Made by a program: the position numbers and the translations under genes. A DNA stretch of 33,966 nt from IMG/VR virus record IMGVR_UViG_3300042940_001787, positions 1-33,966 of that record. One strand, given 5' to 3'. This DNA is from a virus. Its lineage: Duplodnaviria > Caudoviricetes. A model generated the notes under the pieces. The model had not been told where the DNA came from and did no database searches. It saw only the letters and a program-made list of their open reading frames with translations. How positions within the stretch are numbered: position 1 is the first letter of the stretch; each line of letters opens with the position of its first letter. Below, piece by piece: positions 1 through 10,797 of this stretch.

Positions 1-1
1 C

Positions 2-532
2 CTGCACACGATCAACCCGTCGAGCCAGCCGAACTGGAAGGCGTACGTGAACAGCAACGGCGGCACCAACCGTGCCGTGTCGGAGACGCTGATCACCGGT
101 GCAATCATGAAGACCCTGATCGCCTCCGGCAAGAAGCCCACGCTTCTCGTCTCGGCTGAGGGTGTTCACCTGTCCGTCGCCAACCTGTTCCTGTCGCTCA
201 AGCGCAACATGGAGCAGACCCAGCTCAAGGGTGGCTACGCCGGTATCCAGTACTACTCGCCTTCGGTCTCCGGCCAGGGCGATGAGGGTCCGACTGTCCT
301 CTATGCAGACTTCGACTGCCCGAACAACAGGCTCTACGGAATCAACCCCGAGAGCCTGGTGTGGCATCAGGTCGGCGAGGGCTGGCAGTTCATGGACCTG
401 GACGGCGCAGTGATGAACCGCAAGCCGGACCTGGACGCCTACGAGGCGACCCTGACCTGCTACGCGGAGCTCGCCTGCAAGCAGCGGAACAGCCACTTCG
501 TGATCTCCGACCTGACGGAGACCTCGATCTGA
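2..532 (+). CDS. major capsid protein, C-terminal part (5'-truncated)
   Basis: Frame is open from position 2 (LHTINPSSQPNWKAYV...). The C-terminus 'WQFMDLDG...DAYEATLTCYAELACKQRNSHFVISDL' resembles HK97-fold coat protein ends. Codon usage is strongly C/G-ending, and virion genes follow. Confidence 0.8.
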   Translation: MHTINPSSQPNWKAYVNSNGGTNRAVSETLITGAIMKTLIASGKKPTLLVSAEGVHLSVANLFLSLKRNMEQTQLKGGYAGIQYYSPSVSGQGDEGPTVLYADFDCPNNRLYGINPESLVWHQVGEGWQFMDLDGAVMNRKPDLDAYEATLTCYAELACKQRNSHFVISDLTETSI

Positions 533-533
533 C

Positions 534-854
534 ATGGCCGCTTCGGTTAGCGTCGTCACCGGCCCCGAGGTTCCGGGGAATCGGAAGTTTGTCACCGCTG
601 ACGTGACGTTCGACTCGTCGTACGCTACGGGGGGTGAGGCCATCTCGGTCTCATCCCTCGGGCTGACGAGGCTGGACTTCATGTGGGTTTCGGGCGATGA
701 CGGCTATGTCCCCCAGTGGGACGGATCCCTCACCGCACCCAAGATCAAGCTGTATTGGGTTGACACCACCACCGATGGCGCACCGATGGCAGAGGTTGCC
801 TCAACGACAGACGTTTCATCCGTCGTCGTCAAGGTCTTCGCCTTCGGAGCGTAA
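534..854 (+). CDS. putative head decoration / minor capsid protein
   Basis: 106 aa, beta-rich ('VTFDSSYATGGE'), starting 1 nt after the capsid stop and followed by a strong hairpin. Confidence 0.6.
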   Translation: MAASVSVVTGPEVPGNRKFVTADVTFDSSYATGGEAISVSSLGLTRLDFMWVSGDDGYVPQWDGSLTAPKIKLYWVDTTTDGAPMAEVASTTDVSSVVVKVFAFGA

Positions 855-866
855 GCAAATCATTCT

Positions 867-902
867 CCGGCCGGGGGGTTTCTCCTTTCCCCCCGGCCGG
901 TT
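867..902 (+). terminator. 12-bp GC hairpin with anti-SD loop (terminator/attenuator after capsid genes)
   Basis: CCGGCCGGGGGG (867-878) pairs with CCCCCCGGCCGG (889-900); loop TTTCTCCTTT; only TT follows. Confidence 0.65.
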
Positions 903-917
903 GAACACGGAGGAAAA

Positions 918-1372
918 ATGTTTGCAAGAGATCTGATGGGGGGTCATATCCCCGATTCCGACCAGTGGATCGAAGTTTCTTTTGACGTTTTCGACATTGT
1001 TCGGAGAATCAGAGAGGGCGACGAATCCGGCTGGAGGGGTGACCCAAACGCCAGCATTATGTTCAATCCAGTCACCCGTCACTTTGAGGTGTGGTTGGTG
1101 GACGACAAGAACATTCCCTACATCGCCTGCAGTTCCGAGCGTTGCGACCATTCGCTGATCGTAAAGCTCATTGAAGGGGACTGGCAAAAGGGGAAGAAAC
1201 TCCTTGAGGAGATTCAAAAGAAGAACCGCCTAGCCCATGAGGCAAAACTCAGCATGGACAGGGACCGCGCGGAGGAAATTGCTGATAAAATGCATTGGGC
1301 CATCATCAGGGATCTCGGTCACCTGGAGGGTGGAACACGCCGGCAATATTCATTCAACGAAAAAGGTAAGTA

Positions 1373-1373
<1 letters not shown>
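918..1373 (+). CDS. hypothetical protein (morphogenesis region)
   Basis: 151-aa ORF with GGAGG RBS; its stop overlaps the next start. Confidence 0.75.
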
Positions 1374-3359
<1,986 letters not shown>

Positions 3360-3360
<1 letters not shown>

Positions 3361-3701
3361 TGGCTGTCAATGATGTTTTTCCCAAGATGCTGTTGGTCCC
3401 CACCCAGTTGACAACCTCTAGTTCGACCCTGTTTACCGTTACGACAAACTACCAGTGGACAGTAAAGCAGATCATCATTTGCAACACGGACGGTGTTGAG
3501 CGGTGGTTTTCGTTGGCGTACAACGGGGCATCTTCTACGGCAGCAAACTGTTTCGTGTATCAGCTGCCTATCGCGGCATATGACACCGTGGTGTTGGATA
3601 CAGCGTTGGTGTTTGATTCGGGGCAGACTTTGCGTGGTCAGGCTGACACCGCGTCTAAGGTGACGGTGTGCGTGACGGGTTGGGAGAGGCAGACGGCCTG
3701 A
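3360..3701 (+). CDS. small virion structural protein
   Basis: 113 aa, beta-rich ('TVKQIIICNTD'), with TAATG and TGATG translational coupling at its ends. Confidence 0.7.
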
Positions 3702-4381
3702 TGGGTATTTCGTCGGGTTTGGGTACGGCTGGGTTGACTCCCGGTGTGTGTACGTCTTCAACTCGTCCTGCTTCTCCGTTTGAGGGGCAGATGATTTATG
3801 AGACGGATACGAACCGGGTGTTGGTGTATGACTCGGCGGCTTGGGTGATGATTGCCGACACGGACACCCCACCGGGGCTAGAACATATCAAGACCCAAAC
3901 ATTCTCGGCTTCAACTGCCGTAAATGTTGACTCGGTATTCAGTTCAACATACGACAACTACGTTATAGAACTGAACGTGACAGGAGCATCCGCGTCAACC
4001 GGTGTCTATATGAGAATGCGAACCGGTGGCACAACTAATGCCAATAGCAACTACGCTCTCGCTGGTTTCAATTCATACGCTGGTTCCAACATTCTCAACG
4101 CGGCTAACAGCGGTGGTGCCACAACGGACTGGTATCTAGGCGATCACAATACGGCCAACTATTCTGCAACATCTTTTCGGGTTGAAGTCATGCAGCCCTT
4201 CTTGTCGTATCGAACCTGCATTTTTTCCTCAGGTTTTATTCCTGTTGACCCGCTCCCCTATTATCGCCATGTTGGTGGGGCCATGAGCGTCACTACTTCG
4301 TATGACGGTTTTGCTCTTGTCCCGAATAGTGCCAGTTTCAATATTACTGGCACGGTTCGGGTGTACGGGTATAGGAACTGA
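3701..4381 (+). CDS. putative fibre/receptor-binding protein, paralog 1
   Basis: Start moved to ATG 3701 (TGATG overlap). N-terminal module PGVCTSSTRPASPFEGQMIYETDT; C-terminus GTVRVYGYRN. Confidence 0.75.
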   Translation: MGISSGLGTAGLTPGVCTSSTRPASPFEGQMIYETDTNRVLVYDSAAWVMIADTDTPPGLEHIKTQTFSASTAVNVDSVFSSTYDNYVIELNVTGASASTGVYMRMRTGGTTNANSNYALAGFNSYAGSNILNAANSGGATTDWYLGDHNTANYSATSFRVEVMQPFLSYRTCIFSSGFIPVDPLPYYRHVGGAMSVTTSYDGFALVPNSASFNITGTVRVYGYRN

Positions 4382-4383
4382 AC

Positions 4384-4938
4384 ATGGCTATTTCCAATGT
4401 TTCTAACGGTTTCCGACCCGGTGTCTGCACCTCCACCACACGGCCTACTGCACCGTTCGAAGGCCAAATGATTTACGAAACCGACACAGACAAGGTGCTG
4501 GTGTGGAACGGGTCTGCGTGGTATGCGAACTGGAACACCGCCTGGGGAAAGGTTGCCTCCGTCAGCCTTACATCGGGAATTATCGTAAGCGGGGTTACTG
4601 CTGTTACGGATATAACGGGCGCGAGCATCACATTTACCGCTATTGCTAACAGGCAATACAAACTGGGATTCCATATTTATACGAACACAACCGCATCAAG
4701 CGCGACAACGAATGTGATGATTTATGAAGGGACAACGCTTCTTCAGCAATCAACGCAGACTGCCGGTACTGCAACTATTGGTTGTTTCTCGCAGGGTTTT
4801 GTTCTTCTTCAACCATCTGCCGGTTCTCATACCTACAAGTTGCGGCTTCAATTGCAGGCCGGTACTGGCACCTGCAGCGCAGAGGGTGGTTCAACATACC
4901 CGGCATGGTTTTGGGCTGAAGATATAGGACCGGTCTGA
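4384..4938 (+). CDS. putative fibre/receptor-binding protein, paralog 2
   Basis: Same N-terminal module (PGVCTSTTRPTAPFEGQMIYETDT) with a different C-terminal beta domain ending 'WAEDIGPV'. Confidence 0.75.
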   Translation: MAISNVSNGFRPGVCTSTTRPTAPFEGQMIYETDTDKVLVWNGSAWYANWNTAWGKVASVSLTSGIIVSGVTAVTDITGASITFTAIANRQYKLGFHIYTNTTASSATTNVMIYEGTTLLQQSTQTAGTATIGCFSQGFVLLQPSAGSHTYKLRLQLQAGTGTCSAEGGSTYPAWFWAEDIGPV

Positions 4939-5600
4939 TGGGACTTTCGAATTATTTGCCGTCTAGCCGTCTAATCCAGCCGGGGGTTTGCACTAGCACG
5001 ACACGCCCCGCGTCACCGTTCAACGGTCAGGTCATTTATGAGACTGACACGAAGCAGACGTTGGTGTGGCAAGGATCAAGCTGGGTGATGTTGACTGATG
5101 CAGACACCCCACCCGGAATGGTGCTGATAAAGACGCAGACGATTGGTTCAAACGTTACAAGCGTGACCGTAACTGATGCTTTTTCATCAGGGTTTGATGT
5201 TTATCAAATTACTGTATCCGGTGGTGCCATGAACTCAGGCGACTACGGCCTGAATATGTATCTAGGTTCAACTAGAAGCGGTTACTACTATACTGGCACA
5301 TACCATACATACGGAAACACTTCGGCCTGGATTGGTGCGGCGAACGCAGCCGAGTGGGGCGCAGTTGGTATTGCCACAACAAATACCCTCCAAGCAAATA
5401 TTTCATTATCCGGGCCTAACTTGGCAAAGAACACCTATTTCAGCAACACCTACATTTATGGTCATCCAGCCGGGGGTCGCGCTGCTATGGGTGGGTATTT
5501 GGCAGATAACACCCAGTACACAGGTTTTACCTTGTTTATCAACGCAAGCACTATGACTGGAGGAACCATCCGTGTCTATGGATACAGAAACACCATCTGA
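4938..5600 (+). CDS. putative fibre/receptor-binding protein, paralog 3
   Basis: Same N-terminal module; C-terminal domain homologous to paralog 1 (DTPPG..IKTQT...GTIRVYGYRN). Confidence 0.75.
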   Translation: MGLSNYLPSSRLIQPGVCTSTTRPASPFNGQVIYETDTKQTLVWQGSSWVMLTDADTPPGMVLIKTQTIGSNVTSVTVTDAFSSGFDVYQITVSGGAMNSGDYGLNMYLGSTRSGYYYTGTYHTYGNTSAWIGAANAAEWGAVGIATTNTLQANISLSGPNLAKNTYFSNTYIYGHPAGGRAAMGGYLADNTQYTGFTLFINASTMTGGTIRVYGYRNTI

Positions 5601-5700
5601 CGACCGACCCAACATCCAAATCGACGACCTCGTTCGGCCCATGACCGACGACGAATACGACGAATGGCTCGCACGGCCCACACCCGAACCGTTAGCCTGA
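5578..5700 (+). CDS. small acidic protein, possible fibre assembly chaperone (not in ORF track)
   Basis: MDTETPSDDRPNIQIDDLVRPMTDDEYDEWLARPTPEPLA*, 40 aa. It fills the gap after the fibre genes, with GGAGG at 5559-5563. Confidence 0.6.
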   Translation: MDTETPSDDRPNIQIDDLVRPMTDDEYDEWLARPTPEPLA

Positions 5701-5719
5701 CCACCACTAGGAGGGGACC

Positions 5720-6763
5720 ATGAAAATCGGTATCTACACCATCGCCAAAAACGAAGCCCAACACGTCCGCAGATGGGCAAAGTCATGCGAGGACGCAGAC
5801 CACCGGCTGATCCTGGACACCGGTTCAACCGATAACACGCGGTTTACCGCAGACGGCTACGGCGTGGACGTACATGTCGCCAAGTTCGACCCGTGGCGAT
5901 TCGATGTCGCCCGCAACCACGCACTATCCCTCCTGCCTGAAGACATCGACATCTGTATCGCGCTAGACATGGACGAAGTTCTGAATCCGATGTGGCGTGA
6001 GCAGCTTGAGTACTACCTTGGGGCCAATCCACACGTCACGCGACCCAGGTACAAGTACGTCTGGAGCTGGCAGCCGGACGGGTCGGAAGGGCTGGTCTAC
6101 GGCGGGGACAAAATCCACGCCCGCCACGGCTATAAGTGGAAGCACCCGGTTCATGAGGTCATAACACCCCTTGACGGCGAGGTGCAGGGGTGGGTCCCGG
6201 GATTGGAGATCCACCACCACCCCGACCCCACAAAGTCCAGGAGCCAGTACTTTGACCTCCTCAAACTGGCGGTTGACGAAGAACCGGATGACGACCGCAA
6301 CCAGTTTTATCTTGGCCGGGAGTATTACTACCGAGGCGAAAAGAGTTCTGCGACCCGCCACCTCATCATGGCTACCCTGCTGTCGAAGTGGCCCCCCGAA
6401 AAGGCTGCCGCCTACAGAATGCTGTATGCAATGAACGGCAATCTGACCGATCTGTATCGGGCTCTTCAGCAGGACCCGTGCCGAAGAGAAAATCTTGTGG
6501 CCCTGGCCAGGCACTACCACGACCATCATCAATGGCAGCCCTGCCTGCAGTACGTCAATGCAGCCCTGGACATCGAGTCCAAGCCTCTCGACTATCTCTG
6601 CGAGGCAGATGCCTGGAGCTGGTTGCCGTACGACCTTGGGGCAATCGCTGCCTATCACCTGGGGGATTCCGGTCTTGCTAGGGAGTATGGTCAGATAGCC
6701 ATTGGATATCGGCCCGATGATGAGCGCCTTCGTGCTAATATGGGATTCTATGAATCGCGGTGA
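5720..6763 (+). CDS. glycosyltransferase family 2 with C-terminal TPR-like repeats
   Basis: IAKNE, DTGSTD, FDVARN, DMDE (DxD) and HPVHE motifs, then helical 'FYLGREYY' TPR-like segments; AGGAGG RBS. Confidence 0.92.
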   Translation: MKIGIYTIAKNEAQHVRRWAKSCEDADHRLILDTGSTDNTRFTADGYGVDVHVAKFDPWRFDVARNHALSLLPEDIDICIALDMDEVLNPMWREQLEYYLGANPHVTRPRYKYVWSWQPDGSEGLVYGGDKIHARHGYKWKHPVHEVITPLDGEVQGWVPGLEIHHHPDPTKSRSQYFDLLKLAVDEEPDDDRNQFYLGREYYYRGEKSSATRHLIMATLLSKWPPEKAAAYRMLYAMNGNLTDLYRALQQDPCRRENLVALARHYHDHHQWQPCLQYVNAALDIESKPLDYLCEADAWSWLPYDLGAIAAYHLGDSGLAREYGQIAIGYRPDDERLRANMGFYESR

Positions 6764-7370
6764 AATCAGAGATGCCGTAAAGCAGCGCCTGGCAATCCCG
6801 GCGAGTGGTGACGGCCAGCTAACCAATACCGTCCTTGACGACTTGATCAACCGCGCCCTGACGGTAATTGCCGGCGCTCGGGACTGGCCCTGGCTCCTCA
6901 GTACGTTTTCCCTGACTTTCGAGACCTCAACCGGGCAGGCTTTTCTCCCCAACGACTTTATCCGCGCCCGCCAGCTTGTCTACAACGGCTACCCTGTTCT
7001 GTGGGTTCAGTTGGAAGATTTCCTCAATCCCGACAGGACATACGCGACCTTTGCCTGGACAATCATTGGGAACAAGGCTCAGATCACCCCGGTTCCGTCG
7101 ACCGACATCTCGGCAACCCTGTACTACTACAGGAACGAGCCTGAACTGATCAGCGACTACTCTGCCCCACTGATGCCGTCCAAGGACCATAACATCATCG
7201 TCGCCTATACCGCGTATCTTGGGGCGATGGTCCGCCAGGATGATGCCCGCGCCGCCACCTACATTGCCGAGTACCGTTCCCTCCTGAACGACATGAGGGA
7301 CGACCTGAAGCAAAGCACCAGCAGGCGCATCAGGTACGGCAGTGGTTATACCTACGCCTCCTGGTCGTGA
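6750..7370 (+). CDS. head-tail adaptor / tail tubular protein A-like
   Basis: Start moved to ATG 6750. Pattern 'LINRAL...RDWPWL...LPNDF...ITPVPST...LYYYR' typical of podovirus adaptor proteins. Confidence 0.7.
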   Translation: MNRGEIRDAVKQRLAIPASGDGQLTNTVLDDLINRALTVIAGARDWPWLLSTFSLTFETSTGQAFLPNDFIRARQLVYNGYPVLWVQLEDFLNPDRTYATFAWTIIGNKAQITPVPSTDISATLYYYRNEPELISDYSAPLMPSKDHNIIVAYTAYLGAMVRQDDARAATYIAEYRSLLNDMRDDLKQSTSRRIRYGSGYTYASWS

Positions 7371-7371
7371 A

Positions 7372-8985
7372 ATGGCAGAGTTTGGTTTTCAGTGGGAGGA
7401 CTTCAGGGGCGGCTACTACGTAGGGCCGTCCGAAATCAAGCAGCCCGCAACAACATGGAAGGGCTACAACGTCACCATCGCGGACGACGACGCCACCCTT
7501 GTTCCGACCTACGCACCGGTCCAGCTCACCCTCTCCGGCACATCCGTGTCGGGTGGTGTTATCGATAATACGACCACACAGACAACCTGGAGTGACCCGA
7601 CGTACTTCAATGGCTGGGTTGTAGTTACCGGCCGCACCAGCTCGACCTGTTATGTGTATTTCATCAACACCTCGACGGGGGCTGTTACCCGCCGGGATAT
7701 CGGTGTTCTCGGAACATCTGTTGGATCAGCCCCTGTTTGTACCCTGAACGGTTCTTCAGACGTAAATGCCTATGTTGTGATCGGCGATGAGAATATATAC
7801 AAAGTCAGTTCTTCGGGCGCTGGCAGCGTCACGACCATCGCGCAGAACTATTCAGCCACACTCGATCTACACGGTTTGACTTTGTGGAACGCCAGGATGA
7901 TCGCCTGGAGCAACACCTCGGATATTTTTGTTTTTTCTGATGCCCTCACTTTTGATACGGCATGGCCATCGACAAACTACGTCGGGGTTGGCTATGCCAA
8001 TGACGGTATTTCTCGCTGTGTTCCCAGGAACCTGGACCTGGTTGCTGTCAAGCCGTCAGGCTGGTATTCCATTACTGGCGTTTTGGGGATCTCTGCAGCA
8101 GTCCGTCAAATGAACGACACGCTCGGCATTCTCCCCACCGATCCGGTCGAACAGCACAATAACGCTATTTACTACACAACATACGTTGGGTACACAGACT
8201 ACGCCGTCAACTTGTTCCAAATCATTGGTGGCCGCGTTGACATTGCCGCGTATCAGCGGTTTGGGCTGGGGGACAGCAATATCAGGATTTCCCGTACAAA
8301 TATCGGGTATCTCGGCATTACCGCCCTGACAGACGATCCCAGCGGAAGTGTTTACTGCACCATGTATTTGATGGACATGCAGGAGAGGTGGCAACTTCAG
8401 AGGGTCAATAGGGTCATGTCGGGCACGACGAAACCAAAGTTCGCTCTTGCCAGGGGCCAGGTTTCCAGGTACAACAACTCCCAGGACAGAAACCTGTACA
8501 TGCTCGAAACAACCACCGGCGCAACAGACAACCGCCTAGCCGTGGTCAAGATTCGTCCCAACACCGTTGAGCCGGGGCAGACGTCGACCACCACCCCGGC
8601 AACCGGGGTTGTGAAGCTTTCAGACATCACAACTCAGCGGCCTTTCGTTATCAAGGAAGTTCTCGTCGAAGCCGAGATGATGCAGATTCCCACGATCGGC
8701 TCAATGTCGGCGTACACCGGATCCGCATCCTTGACCTGCTACGTCAACAACAACTCCGTTGCAGACATGTCCTTTGACGACGGAGAACAGTCACCGACTG
8801 TGTATTCCAGCACGATGTCGTACCCATTTGCCGACTTCACTTCCAATACTGCAGCGGTCACAACCCAGGTCAGGGTTATCAAATTCCGAGTAAATAATGC
8901 TTCCTACATGTACGCGGGCGAGATTGAGCTTCATTTTGCCGGTCTCAGGATCCGCCGTGTTTGGATCACCGGGGATTCTCGATGA
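7372..8985 (+). CDS. tail nozzle / tail tubular protein B-like (P22 gp10-type)
   Basis: Start moved to ATG 7372. N-terminal 'EDFRGG', beta-propeller-like composition, and position directly after the adaptor. Confidence 0.65.
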   Translation: MAEFGFQWEDFRGGYYVGPSEIKQPATTWKGYNVTIADDDATLVPTYAPVQLTLSGTSVSGGVIDNTTTQTTWSDPTYFNGWVVVTGRTSSTCYVYFINTSTGAVTRRDIGVLGTSVGSAPVCTLNGSSDVNAYVVIGDENIYKVSSSGAGSVTTIAQNYSATLDLHGLTLWNARMIAWSNTSDIFVFSDALTFDTAWPSTNYVGVGYANDGISRCVPRNLDLVAVKPSGWYSITGVLGISAAVRQMNDTLGILPTDPVEQHNNAIYYTTYVGYTDYAVNLFQIIGGRVDIAAYQRFGLGDSNIRISRTNIGYLGITALTDDPSGSVYCTMYLMDMQERWQLQRVNRVMSGTTKPKFALARGQVSRYNNSQDRNLYMLETTTGATDNRLAVVKIRPNTVEPGQTSTTTPATGVVKLSDITTQRPFVIKEVLVEAEMMQIPTIGSMSAYTGSASLTCYVNNNSVADMSFDDGEQSPTVYSSTMSYPFADFTSNTAAVTTQVRVIKFRVNNASYMYAGEIELHFAGLRIRRVWITGDSR

Positions 8986-9761
8986 CGGAGAGATACGACA
9001 ATTTTGCCAACAGCACAGCCCCGTCGGCCACCGGCGCAGAGTCATACCCGTTTACCTGGGAACACCCGGTTTCCTGGGATCAGCTAGAAAAGTTTTTTCA
9101 ACCAGTTCTTCAGGAGGCAACCAAAAAGGTTATTTCCCTGTTGATGGAAAACTCGAAGTCGCTTGAGGATTACCTTGACGGCGCTTTGCTCAAGGTAAAC
9201 GGCGGAAGCATCTACGGCAATATGTCGATTAGCGGAAATCTGTCTGTTGGCGGGTCTATAACAATTCCACCCAGTACTGTTCCGTTGTCCCCGTTCCCAA
9301 TCGGCAGCGTTATGCAGTATGCCGGATCATCCGCACCTTCGGGTTGGCTTTTTTGTGACGGAACTCCGTATTCACAATCTGCGTATTCGGGGCTATATGC
9401 CGCGATCGGAACCACCTACAACACCCACTGCGGACAATCCGCCCCGTCTGCGGGAACATTCAGGGTTCCCAACTACAAGGGCAGGGTATTGGCCGGGTTC
9501 GACTCGGGGGATGGCGACTTCAATGCCCTGACCGATTACGGCGGAGCAAAAACCCACACACTCACTGAATCGGAAATGCCCAGTCACAGTCACGGTATGA
9601 CTCCTAACGCCTCCTTCAATGGCACTTTTGCTTTTGCGGATAGTGCAACCGTTACATCCCTTTCTCAAAACAATAGTTTTCAGACGACCAGCAAGGGCGG
9701 TGGTGCCGCCCACAACAACATGCAGCCGTACGCCGTCGTCAACTACATAATCAAATACTGA
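8982..9761 (+). CDS. tail fibre protein with phage tail collar domain
   Basis: PIGSVMQYAGSSAPSGWLFCDG...LYAAIGTTY...FRVPNYKGR...GGAKTHTLTESEMPSHSH...HNNMQPYAVVNYIIK; ATGA overlap start. Confidence 0.9.
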   Translation: MTERYDNFANSTAPSATGAESYPFTWEHPVSWDQLEKFFQPVLQEATKKVISLLMENSKSLEDYLDGALLKVNGGSIYGNMSISGNLSVGGSITIPPSTVPLSPFPIGSVMQYAGSSAPSGWLFCDGTPYSQSAYSGLYAAIGTTYNTHCGQSAPSAGTFRVPNYKGRVLAGFDSGDGDFNALTDYGGAKTHTLTESEMPSHSHGMTPNASFNGTFAFADSATVTSLSQNNSFQTTSKGGGAAHNNMQPYAVVNYIIKY

Positions 9762-9770
9762 GATAGTCCT

Positions 9771-9798
9771 TTGACGCTCGTTCTACATGTGTCATAAT
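9771..9798 (+). promoter_or_regulatory. sigma70/SigA-type promoter giving a leaderless lysis transcript
   Basis: TTGACG (9771-9776), 16-nt spacer, CATAAT (9793-9798); ATG 6 nt downstream with no SD. Confidence 0.65.
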
Positions 9799-9804
9799 GA
9801 CGGT

Positions 9805-10026
9805 ATGAATGTCAAGAAATTCCTGGTACGTTTCCTGGCTACCGTGTCCAGCACAGCCCTGGCCGCGGCCGGAACTTCTCAGATTTTTGATGTTGCCTTT
9901 GGGAAAACGTTCTCCCTGGCCGTAATTGCCGCCACCCTACCGATTGTCAAGAAGCTTCTCGACGCGAGCAAGGACGGTGATCTGACGGCTCAGGAGGCCG
10001 AAGAGGCCCTGAAGGGGGACCAGTGA
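9805..10026 (+). CDS. putative holin
   Basis: 73 aa with two hydrophobic helices and a charged tail; overlaps the endolysin start. Confidence 0.6.
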   Translation: MNVKKFLVRFLATVSSTALAAAGTSQIFDVAFGKTFSLAVIAATLPIVKKLLDASKDGDLTAQEAEEALKGDQ

Positions 10027-10544
10027 CCTACCCCGTCAAGCCGGTCGTTATGCCTGCCGATATCAAAAAGGCGGAAAACGGCAAGCTCCCCGATTCTGTT
10101 CTTGTCCCCGTTGGGTCGGGGCACCTACACAAACTGGCCGCTTCCGCCTGGAATGCTATGGTCAAGGCGGCAAAGAAGGATGGCGTCATCCTTAAACCAA
10201 CTAGTAAATGGGATTTGTACAGACCATATGATCGTCAAAAGGCTCTATTCCTGGCTCGTTACCAAAAAGCCAATAATGGCTCGAAGGTCACCCGCGAGTG
10301 GCAAGGAACAACCTGGTATCTCAAGAAGGGTTTCGCTCCAGCTGGTGTACCCGGCACCTCGAACCACGGGTGGGGACTGGCGGTTGATGTTGCAGGAGCA
10401 TCAGGGGCGGTCCTGAACTGGCTTCTCAAAAACGCCGACGAGTACGGGTTTTCCTGGGAAGTCAAGGATGGCCCCAACGCCGAGTCATGGCATATCCGCT
10501 ACTACCCGGGCGACAAGGTTCCGGCCAAGGTCAAGGCTTCGTGA
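10023..10544 (+). CDS. endolysin, peptidase M15 (VanY-like)
   Basis: YR...Q, SNHGWGLAVD (SxHxxGxAxD) and ESWH motifs. Confidence 0.9.
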   Translation: MTYPVKPVVMPADIKKAENGKLPDSVLVPVGSGHLHKLAASAWNAMVKAAKKDGVILKPTSKWDLYRPYDRQKALFLARYQKANNGSKVTREWQGTTWYLKKGFAPAGVPGTSNHGWGLAVDVAGASGAVLNWLLKNADEYGFSWEVKDGPNAESWHIRYYPGDKVPAKVKAS

Positions 10545-10545
10545 C

Positions 10546-10797
10546 ATGTCGGCGGCCTGGGCGTCCATCATAGTGGCCCTTATATCGGGACCTATTATGT
10601 GGGTATTATATAGGTTGGACAGAAGGAATACCCAACAGCACGGACAGGCCGTGGATCTTATCAAAGAAATCAAAAGAGACGTCAGCTCAATGAGGCTTGT
10701 CCAAAAGGTTACGAACCAGGTAATCAGAGAGCAGACGGAAATTTTGGAACGCCACCTACAGGAACACGAAGATGCCGACAACGCAGACGTACTATGA
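10546..10797 (+). CDS. single-TM coiled-coil membrane protein (lysis accessory?)
   Basis: Start moved to ATG 10546. N-terminal TM helix, 'RRNTQQH', coiled coil and 'HLQEH'. Confidence 0.65.
   Translation: MSAAWASIIVALISGPIMWVLYRLDRRNTQQHGQAVDLIKEIKRDVSSMRLVQKVTNQVIREQTEILERHLQEHEDADNADVL

Noticed and set aside
3701-5600. Diversity-generating retroelement TR/VR pair
   Set aside because: Similarity between the paralogs is at the protein level with mixed substitutions, not adenine-specific, and no reverse transcriptase is present in the window.
5963-6952. Long antisense ORFs (also 15171-16181, 18324-19217, 28626-29468, 29441-30517)
   Set aside because: They lie fully opposite motif-bearing genes, lack RBS and motifs, and are expected in GC-rich coding DNA.
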